This document shows, piece by piece, positions 54,915 to 64,000 of a stretch of DNA of 64,000 bases. How positions within the stretch are numbered: the stretch's first letter is position 1; each line of letters begins with the position of its first letter. Under the pieces are notes generated by a model, which was given only the letters and a program-made list of their open reading frames with translations, was not told the DNA's origin and ran no database searches. Source of the DNA: Eledone cirrhosa (Eukaryota); NCBI GenBank assembly GCA_964016885.1, contig OZ024751.1, forward strand, positions 30,814,001-30,878,000. Direction: 5' to 3'. Position numbers and translations under genes: made by a program.

Positions 54915-55466
54915 CATAGTCTGGTCTGATGTCTTCTCATCCTTGTTGCTGAGGGTCAGGCATAGTCTGGTCTGATGTCTTCTCATCCTTGTTGCTGAGG
55001 GTCAGGCATAGTCTGGTCTGATGTCTTCTCATCCTTGTTGCTGAGGGTCAGGCATAGTCTGGTCTGATGTCTTCTCATCCTTGTTGCTGAGGGTCAGGCA
55101 TAGTCTGGTCTGATGTCTTCTCATCCTTGTTGCTGAGGGTCAGGCATAGTCTGGTCTGATGTCTTCTCATCCTTGTTGCTGAGGGTCAGGCATAGTCTGG
55201 TCTGATGTCTTCTCATCCTTGTTGCTGAGAGTCAGGCATAGTCTGGTCTGATGTCTTCTCATCCTTGTTGCTGAGGGTCAGGCATAGTCTGGTCTGATGT
55301 CTTCTCATCCTTGTTGCTGAGGGTCAGGCATAGTCTGGTCTGATGTCTTCTCATCCTTGTTGCTGAGGGTCAGGCATAGTCTGGTCTGATGTCTTCTCAT
55401 CCTTGTTGCTGAGGGTCAGGCATAGTCTGGTCTGATGTCTTCTCATCCTTGTTGCTGAGGGTCAGG
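54915..55466. repeat. 46-bp minisatellite, 12 near-identical copies
   Basis: CATAGTCTGGTCTGATGTCTTCTCATCCTTGTTGCTGAGGGTCAGG x12, one substitution seen. Confidence 0.97.
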
Positions 55467-55900
55467 AAGCATGAGCAATTCTACTGATGCCAATCTATAC
55501 AATGCTGTATATCTATAATTTTAGTCAAGTAAAATGTGACATCGGTGGGTCCTGAATCTTTGTTCAACCATTACTTGGACACTGGCTACCGAGCCACAGC
55601 TCATCCACCTGTCATCATAAGAATGAATTTGTTGACCACTTGAAAGGTTGTCACCAAGGTGACTAAGGAGTCCCATCTACTCCGGTTTTGAAATCAGAGT
55701 GATCTTTCTCTTAGACAGACTGCTAACAAGCTTTGTCTACCTGAGTTATTTTTTGTAAACTATTGGATGGTTGTTTAAACTCTTGTGAAGGACACTGCCT
55801 TCACAACACAGTTCACTATTATAATACTACCTAAATTCTTGTCCCCATCTCATTGCCTATATTTATACTGTTATATTAAATATCCACTGTTTACTATCAG

Positions 55901-56070
55901 ATGCAGTAAACAAGTGTTTGATGAGAGCAACATGCCAGAAGTTGCCATCATCATTCCATTTTACAATGAGTGGCCCAGCATTCTCCTCAGGACCATTTAC
56001 AGCATCATAAATAGAACTCCGCCTCACTTATTAAAAGAAATCATCTTAATTGACGATAACAGCAATCTTA
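55901..56070 (+). CDS. GALNT: GALNT coding exon 2
   Basis: CAG acceptor; CSKQ..IIIPFYNEWPSILLRTIYSIINRTPPHLLKEIILIDDNS; GTAAGT donor; phases 2 and 1. Confidence 0.95.
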
Positions 56071-57040
56071 GTAAGTAAATATATTGTTTTGTTTTTTTTT
56101 CAATTTTCCTATTATTTTGTTGTTTTTTTTATCTCCCTTTTGATCCCTTTTTCTTTTTTCTTTCTCCACTTTTTTATACCTAAAGAATATTTTATGAAAT
56201 CTTCCTGATAACTTTGAATTAAATTTCAGATCTTCCCTTCTCTAAGCTGTTAACTTAAGACTGGAAGGAGAATAAAAATGAGATATAAATAAAGTAAATG
56301 CTTCTACTGAATCTATATGATAAACATTGACTCACTGTAGACTGACCTCTGTAAACATGTGGCCTAATGGTTAGGGTGTCAAACTTACACTCATAATGTT
56401 GTGGGTTCATACATAGGCATCTCACATGCTCCATTTTACTCAGAACTTTTTTCTGACCTGTTCTTTTTCTGGCTACAATACTTTCAGAACAGTCTCCCCC
56501 ACTGTTAATTATGTCACCTAGATAACAGAAGCTATCAACTACTTTTATGCAAATTTCTGAGCATTTGAAAGAATTTATTTTGGTAATTTTTTTTGGGAGG
56601 TGAAGTTTGATTTTTTTATGTGTTTTGATAACTCTAGCACTAACTCTAACCCTAACTCTAATTTTAACCCTAGCCCTTACCCTGACTCTAGTTGTAACCC
56701 TCCAAAAGGAAACAGGTGTAATAATGGTTCTAATTTAAGCACAAGGCCAATAAGTTTAGGGTAATGAAAATTGATTATATCAGTCATCAGTACTTTACTG
56801 GTAATTTATTCTATGAACTCCTTATAGTATTTGGTTGTATCCCTTTGTCTTCCGGCTCATTTTTACCCTTCATCCTCACAATATCGATAAAATAAAGTAC
56901 CGGTAAAATAGTGAGGATTGATATAATTAACTACACAGCATGGCCATAGTCTAGTGAGGAGCAAAAGAATGTCTGAGAGCTTGTGGCTGAGCAATCTGCT
57001 TTCTTTGAATCAATTTTTATGTTCATTTTCAATATTACAG

Positions 57041-57218
57041 AATTTCTGAAGGAAGATTTAAATATTTACATCGAGAAAAATTTTGATAAAAATCTTGTGA
57101 AGGTTTTTCACTTGAAAGAACGCAGTGGATTGATAAAAGCTCGCCTTGAAGGATTCAAATATGTTACAGCAGAAGTAGCATGTATTTTTGATAGTCACAT
57201 GGAAGTAAATATTCAGTG
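57041..57218 (+). CDS. GALNT: GALNT coding exon 3 (DXH motif)
   Basis: ERSGLIKARLEG..IFDSHMEV..W; CAG/GTAAGT; phases 1 and 2. Confidence 0.95.
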
Positions 57219-57312
57219 GTAAGTGTCATTTAACTCATTTCTAAATGTAATAATTAGGACGATTTATTTTAGACCATAAGATTTTTAGTTTTTAGACCTT
57301 ATTTTTAGAAAT

Positions 57313-57498
57313 GGTGGATTGCCAGTATCGGTAGAGGGTCTGACGCCATGCTTTCCAGCATAGTTACGTCCCTTTACGATCTGAGTTCAAATCCCGCCAA
57401 TGTTGACTTTGCCTTTCATCCTTACGGGGTCGATAAAATAAAGTACCAGTAATGCACTGGGTAATTGCTAGCCTTGTGCCTAAAGTAGAAACAATTAT
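57313..57498 (+). mobile_element. Young tRNA-derived SINE (GALNT intron 3)
   Basis: Full-length A/B boxes, core and tail. Confidence 0.88.
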
Positions 57499-58850
57499 AT
57501 ATATTATAAATTTTAACTCAAGATCTTTATTATTTATTTTTTAAAAAAACATCAAATGGCAAAATCGAAACCATTTACACATTGCTGCAATATAAAATTT
57601 CACATTCTCAGGAGAAAAACTCTTTTGTTAGTATTTTACCAAGCATTGAAAAACTACACTCAACACTAAATAATGTAGGTTGATACTTAAATAGGAGACT
57701 GTAGTCCATGAGAGATATTGATGAGTATTCCATTCAGCAAATTCTTCCTCAATCATTTTCATGCAATCTAGAGCTCAGATACTTTTATTTGGCATGGATC
57801 TTGGCCAAAATTCAAATCAATGAGACTTTAAATGCTTCTTCAATTGAATATTGTGAACTCTCTGATTATATTCTTCAGTAGCATTGCACTATTTGTGTCA
57901 AATTCACTTCTATTGTTGGTGAATTGATACATTGTTTTTCCACTAGAACTCCTCCTTCATCAATTTCATTATCTCACGAACGCCGAATCTTGGCATGTAT
58001 ATTCAGCTGTTTTCATCCAACTGCCCCATCGAGTGAAATTGTGATAATTTTTTTTTTGTTGTTTTTGTTAGGGGGGTGCCTTTTTTCTTTCTGTCCTTCT
58101 AAATGGTCTGGAGAGGGATGGGCTCTGCCAGGCTTAAAATACCCAAGAAATTATGTACAACTTCATCAGGAGTTAAAGCACCATACCATACAACTTAATT
58201 AATGTGTATAACTGTAAAAAAAGCTTTATAATAATGAGGAAATTAAACCACTTCAGAAATTCAATTCCACAAAAGCTTCATTCTTATTTCCATATGCCCC
58301 CACCCCTCTCCCACTATCAAATTTGTATATATATCAACAGAAATTCCTGTCATCTTAGAGTACCCACTGAAGAACTGACCTTTTATGAAGTAATTGTCTC
58401 CCCGTCTCACGATTGGTAAGCAACATGTAGCTCCCTACACTCCCACCCAATCTCTGCCCCTCACTTAGCAAGCAACATGTAGTTTCCAGTCTATCCTGTA
58501 AAGTGGTAGTACTGGTGCCACAACAACAAGTGCCCAGTTTGCCCTGTAAGGTGGTTAGTGCTGATGGTACAACAAAAAGTGCCCTATTTTCCCTGTAAGA
58601 TGGTAGTGCTGGTAACACTTCAAAAAGTGCCCAATTGTCTCCTTTCAGCCCTCCTCCTTACATCTCTCATCCACTGTACTTCCTTTCCCTATCATTTAAT
58701 AATCTATTTCTTTTTCTTTCCCCCACTTCTGTCAACCATATTGATCACCTCATGAAAAAAATCTTCATTTGAAATATCATTTGTCCACTAATAAAGCAAT
58801 TAAAATTACCACCATCAATACTTCAAACTCTCTTTGGTTTTATTTTACAG

Positions 58851-59054
58851 GCTGCAGCCTTTACTTGAGGAAATAATGAAAAACCGTTCCACCATAGTTA
58901 TATCTCAACTGGATTATATTAACAAAGATACACTTGCGTATAATTTTGATCGAGACTATAAAATTCGTTATGGTTTCAGCTGGAATCTAGTATTTTTTGA
59001 GATGTATTTCCGATCAAGCCAAGTGTTAAATAAGAAGATAACTGATCATTTACC
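58851..59054 (+). CDS. GALNT: GALNT coding exon 4
   Basis: LQPLLEEI..LDYIN..RYGFSWNLVF; CAG/GTAAGT; phases 2 and 2. Confidence 0.93.
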
Positions 59055-59467
59055 GTAAGTAAACAATTGCATCTAAATATCAATCATAAGCCCAAAATAT
59101 CGATCTGTCACCTGGTAGAAATTTTATAATCAGATACTGCAGTTTTCAGTGCATCATGGGTGTGTATGTGTGACTATGATTACCACTTTCCCTCCAATAT
59201 ACTCTCTTCTCACTCTCTTTGCACCTCTTCTTCCAGTCTCATAACATGCTTCTGTAAATAGAATTCTCTTTCTTCTGCCTCTTACTGTTACTATTTTACC
59301 TCTAATAAACAATCTTCTCACTCTCTCTCTCTGCCTCTTCTTCAAGCCTCATAACATATATACATACATAATCATATTAATATTATAGTTCTTACATTAG
59401 CAAGGCCTAATGAATTAATGACCATTATAGTTTATGCAGTATTTGTATTCTTTTTTTCTAAATATAG

Positions 59468-59585
59468 TGGTCCTGTGATGGTTGGTGCTGGATTTGCAGT
59501 TGATGTGAAATTCTTCAAAAGGATTGGTCTCTATGACACAAATATGAAGATTTGGGGAGGTGAAAATCTGGAATTAGCATGGCGA
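59468..59585 (+). CDS. GALNT: GALNT coding exon 5 (WGGEN motif)
   Basis: GPVMVGAGFAV..IGLYDTNMKIWGGENLELAWR; TAG/GTATGT; phases 2 and 0. Confidence 0.95.
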
Positions 59586-59811
59586 GTATGTTCTTTTTAG
59601 CAATTCACTTTCTTTTATTTACTATTCACTCTTTATAATTTTATACTTAATAGGCTTATAATGAAGTATCTCCATAAAAATGAGGAAATGGTAGTCGGAG
59701 AAGCGTTAGATAGAATGCTTTGTGGTATTCGTTCTGGTTCTCTGCTCTCTGAGGTCGATAAAAATGTACCAGTTAAGTACTGGGGTCGATTCTTTCCAAA
59801 TAGAAACCACG

Positions 59812-60537
59812 AATGACGTACTCGAGAGATCAGTAGACTCATCCAACGCCAGAGTATACCACAAGTTCCTAGCTTTCTCGCGTATCTGTAGCACTATGTT
59901 CTCTCCAAGTTCTTCTGTTCTCCGCACAACTGAACTAGCCGAAAGGCTGATGCTTCCAAACAAATTGGCTTTCTCATGACACAACTCATTTGCTGCTTCC
60001 ATCATACACTCTTTGATGAAGTTGCCATCAGTAAACGGTTTTCCTCGCTCTGCCAACTTATGTACTATTTTGTAACTTGTACGAGTGACAGATTCATTTT
60101 CAGCAAACTTTCTCGTGAAGAGATTTCTTTGAGTTTCTAAACCACGTTTCATGGACTCATATTTCTCAGAGCGTAACTTTCCAGAAAACTTTGAATATGT
60201 TGATAGATGTTTTGTTTCATAGTGACGCCGAAGATTGTACTCTTTCAAAACGGCAACACTTTCGCTGCATACCACGCAACTAACTTTCTGGTCCTTTGTT
60301 TCCACAAAGAAGTACTTTACTCCCCATTCTTCATTGAAAACGCGACACTCGGCATCCACTTTTCTTTTCTTAGTAGCCATAATAAAGGGTGAAGAAAACG
60401 GGATCTGAAAATGAAAAAGACATTGAATTAGAAACATCTCGTGTTCCATCCGTTTTATCACGCAAATGCAAGTACCGTCGGCGGGCCTGGTGAACTGACG
60501 TCACGGGCCTGATCCGGCCGTAGTTTGGTGACCCCTG
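59812..60537 (-). mobile_element. 5' half of a Buster/SPIN (GTF2IRD2-like) hAT transposon
   Basis: TIR CAGGGGTCACCAAACT; KRKVDAECRVFNEEW..CVVC..KEYNLRRHYETKH, KPFTDG.FIK.C, LALDESTD; truncated at a SINE. Confidence 0.9.
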
Positions 60538-61089
60538 CTCTATCCTATATAACAACCTGAGGATATTGTTACATAGGATAGAGAATCATGCCTGTGATTA
60601 ATTAGTTTTATTTATAGACTGATGTTTTCATTTCACCTATATCTTATTTCATATGCATTGGCTGACATTTTGAATGTGGTGAGTAAGTAGTTCAGCTAGT
60701 AAATATTTAATAAGATGCTTTAAAAATAAGGTGTAATTTGAGTTCCAAACCACATGGAATGACAGTGAAGCAGATAGTAACCAAGATAGTATCGCAACAG
60801 CTGTAGTTGTGATATCTTGAAATAGAAATAGAAGCTTCACCATAATATTTTGACTAAATAATATAGTCTAAATAAGACAGTAAGCATGCACATACATGTA
60901 CACCAGGTCTGAACACAGAGGAGCCAAACTCCCACTGTCATTGCCTCCATCTCTCTCGCCCTCCCCATCACATACATGTACACCAGGTCCAAACACAGAG
61001 GAGCCAAACTCCCACTTTCATCGGCACCATCTCTTTCACCCTCCCCATCTCACACTATTATGAGCATATGGAGTCCCACATGCTGGCCT

Positions 61090-61232
61090 CCCCACAGCCC
61101 CGGTGGACAGAATGGAGAAGGCGTTACTCTGGAGGATAGTAAGGGAGATGCGCTGGAAGAGCCCTTCCCTCTTGTGAGGCTCACACCTGCAGCTCGCCAG
61201 CTCAGCGCCTATGGTTGTAAGTAGAGAAGTAG
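61090..61232 (-). mobile_element. CRE-like non-LTR 3' fragment
   Basis: LFQRISLTILQSNAFSILS resembles the QRxSxAxQRGNA motif and the remnant at 4885-5140. Confidence 0.55.
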
Positions 61233-61234
61233 CC

Positions 61235-61876
61235 CTGGAGTTGTGATATCTTGTTCTACATCTGGAGTTGTGATAGCTTGTTCTACATCTGGAGTTGTGA
61301 TATCTTGTTCTACATCTGTAGTTGTGATATCTTGTTCTACATCTGTAGTTGTGATATCTTGTTCTACATCTGTAGTTGTGATATCTTGTTCTGCATCTGT
61401 AGTTGTGATATCTTGTTCTACATCTGGAGTTTTGATATCTTGTTCTACATCTGTAGTTGTGATATCTTGTTCTACATCTGTAGTTGTGATATCTTGTTCT
61501 ACATCTGTAGTTGTGATATCTTGTTCTGCATCTGTAGTTTTGATATCTTGTTTCACATCTGGAGTTTTGATATCTTGTTCTACATCTGTAGTTGTGATAT
61601 CTTGTTCTACATTTGTAGTTGTGATATCTCATTTTACATCTGTAGTTGTGATATCTTGTTCTACATCTGTAGTTGTGATGTCTTGTTCTGCATCTGTAGT
61701 TGTGATATCTTGTTCTACATCTGTAGTTGTGATAGCTTGTTCTACATCTGTAGTTGTGATATCTTGTTCTACATCTGTAGTTGTGATATCTCATTTTACC
61801 TCTGTAGTTGTGATATCTTGTTCTACATCTGTAGTTGTGATATCTTGTTCTACATCTGTAGTTGTGATATCTTGTT
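61235..61876. repeat. 27-bp minisatellite, about 24 copies
   Basis: CTACATCTGTAGTTGTGATATCTTGTT repeated. Confidence 0.96.
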
Positions 61877-62177
61877 GAGCTCACAATTGTGTCCATTCTC
61901 CTGTCGATATAATTGACTTCTCCCTCCCCTCCCCACTATTTGTTAGCCTTCTACCTAAATTATAAACCAACATTTTAAAATAAAATATCAGTCAAGTAAT
62001 GGGATTCAGTATGACTCCAGACATCCACACACATTCTTCACCATAAACTGAAAGTAGAAACCATTAACTTGTTCTTTGGATATCAAAAAGAACACAGTGT
62101 CTTTATTTTCTTGATAATATTTTTCAAATATTTACATTATTTCAAATAACTTTTGTTTTTTCTAATTCTATATTTAG

Positions 62178-62363
62178 GTGTGGAGTTGTGGTGGCCAAGT
62201 TCTTCATAAATTATGCTCCCATATTGGTCATATAGCACGCTCTCAGCCTTACAATTTCCCCGAGGGTAGAAGTAAAACTGAGATATTTAATTATAAACGA
62301 GCTGTAGATGTATGGCTTGGACCTTACAAGAAATATATATACAATTACTTTCCTTCGATGAAG
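62178..62363 (+). CDS. GALNT: GALNT coding exon 6
   Basis: VWSCGG..CSHIGHIAR..PY.FP..NYKRAVDVWL; TTTAG/GTATGT; phases 0 and 0. Confidence 0.95.
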
Positions 62364-62584
62364 GTATGTATTTTATCTATACACAGACACACACGCATAT
62401 ATATATATATCATCATCATCATCATAATTTTACGTCCGCTTTTCCCTGATTTTGTACACATGCTTATTTGAAAAATCTTTCAAAGAAGTATGAAACAGCC
62501 TTTTGTACTGCTTATTATAATAAATTACTGTATTTTGAGCTGTTTTAACTTCTCCACCTACCTCCTTCCAATTTTTTTTATTGA

Positions 62585-62912
62585 TGGCTTAGTGGTTAGG
62601 GCATTGGCCTTGCAATCGAAAGGTTGTGAGTTCAATTCTCAGACCAGGTGATGTGTTGTTTCCTTGAGCAATACACTTTATTTCACATAGCTCCAGTTTA
62701 CTCAGCTGTAGAAATGAGATGATAGGACTGGGGTCCCTATCATTCCACTGCAAAGTGGACGTGTAGACACCACGAAAAAAAAAGCACCCACCACTCACTG
62801 TAAATGAGGTTGGTGTTAGGAAGGGTATCCTGCTGTAGAAATCAAACCAGAATCAGTTCCCGTCCCACCCTTGCAAGCAGGGAAAAGCGGACGTAAAATG
62901 ATGATGATGATG
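62585..62912 (+). mobile_element. Older tRNA-SINE with RTE-like (GAT)n tail
   Basis: TGGCTTAGTGG, GAGTTCAATTC, CCTTGAGCAA.ACACTT core, GGACGTAAAATGATGATG tail; relatives at about 18064, 22195, 54600 and 63290. Confidence 0.7.
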
Positions 62913-63381
62913 TTTATATATATATATATATATATATAAAGTACAGAACAATCAAAATTATGTTTAATACATTTTATTGCTGACATAGTTTTGATTGCTC
63001 TGTACTTTATATTCCTGCTCTGTAAAACATCTGATGTATTTACATTGAGCTATTTTTCATACTGGCAATAAGGTGGTAAAAAATAAAAAATACTGACCTT
63101 TCCTGTTTATAATTATATATAGTTTATATATAAGTATAAATAATATTATTATTATTATATATATATATTGATAGTCAATCAACAAGATCCCAGACCTCAT
63201 TCACTTAATGAGTGGAGTGGAGCTCATCAAACCGAGGAAATAATGTTTCAATTAATCTTTCCAATCACAACTCCAGGCAGAAGGAGCAACCTGAAATAAA
63301 GTGTCTTGCTCAAGGACATAATGCATTGCTCGCTCTGGAAATCGAAATCACAACCTCGCGATTACGAATCCAATTCTCAAC

Positions 63382-63797
63382 ATGATATTTCTTGTTTGAC
63401 CTATATCTACTGACAGTGACAATATGTCAAGAGGTACCTATAGGACAAATCCCCAGCAGAAGTATGCTACCTGGTCTGTAGAGTGATTAGAAGCAGGCGG
63501 TGCCTATAGGACAAAGTCCCAGGTTGTTAAAGGTGCTAGAAGTAGGAGGTATCTACTGGACAAAGTCCCAAACAGAGGTTTGTTGCTGGGTCCTTAAAGA
63601 TGTTAGAAGCTGTAGGTACCTACAGGACAAAGTTCCCAGCAGAAGCCTGTTGACAGGTTAAGGTGTTAGAAACAGTAGGTACCTACAGGACAAAGTTCCC
63701 AGCAGAAGCCTGTTGACAGGTTAAGGTGTTAGAAACAGTAGGTACCTACAGGACAAAGTTCCCAGCAGAAGCCTGTTGACAGGTTAAGGTGTTAGAA
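63382..63797 (+). repeat. Dispersed repeat ending in three 63-bp tandem units
   Basis: AGGTACCTACAGGACAAAGTTCCCAGCAGAAGCC.. with period 63 (63614, 63677, 63740). Confidence 0.85.
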
Positions 63798-63976
63798 GAA
63801 GAGTTTAAATGCCACCAAGGTTTGCTTTGCCTTTCATCCTGATGGATCAATAAAATAAAGTACCACTCACCTACTGGGGTCAGTTTAATCAACTTTCTCC
63901 CCCCCCCCCCCCCCCCCCAAATTGTTGGCCTTGTGTCTAAATCTGGAACCATTATTTCTTATTCCATATATCTCAG

Positions 63977-64000
63977 GATATGGATGTTGGTGATCTCAGT
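63977..64000 (+). CDS. GALNT: GALNT coding exon 7 (start only; gene continues past the window)
   Basis: TCTCAG acceptor, phase 0, DMDVGDLS matches the conserved D.GD.S motif after the catalytic domain. Confidence 0.85.

Noticed and set aside
56629-56702. Interstitial telomere (CCCTAA-like)
   Set aside because: Short and highly degenerate; more likely part of a TE or simple repeat.
61096-61145. PGGQNGEGVTL on the + strand resembles the GALNT stem motif GENGNGVTL (possible relic exon)
   Set aside because: The same bases on the minus strand read FQRISLTILQSNAFSIL, better explained as a CRE-like retroelement end; no convincing splice sites.

Overview
AT-rich, repeat-dense eukaryotic DNA, inferred to be an octopod cephalopod from the tRNA-derived SINE families, (TA)n/(CA)n load and GT-AG introns. 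Two spliced + strand genes can be rebuilt with consistent splice phases. (1) A complete gene with 4 coding exons (14007-23026, 333 aa) for a type II membrane protein with a bacterial-type HtrL/YibB-like domain; the ORF track misses its first two coding exons. (2) The first 7 coding exons of a divergent polypeptide GalNAc-transferase (GALNT; 54047 to beyond 64000). Between them lies a nested transposon island, largely inserted in (TA)n: Naiad-type Penelope-like elements (RT + GIY-YIG) with at least four hammerhead ribozyme motifs and fold-back pLTRs, Helitrons, a hAT with TIRs/TSD, an L1/Tx1 fragment, solo LTRs and a tRNA-Trp-primed LTR relic. Elsewhere are R4/Dong, RTE, CRE-like, pogo, Tc1/mariner and Buster/SPIN-type relics plus several minisatellites. 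Best leads: the intron-containing HtrL-like putative Golgi glycosyltransferase beside a GALNT, the hammerhead-bearing PLE structures, and inverted young SINE pairs flanking internal exons of both genes. All family calls come from motif recognition by eye; no searches were run.
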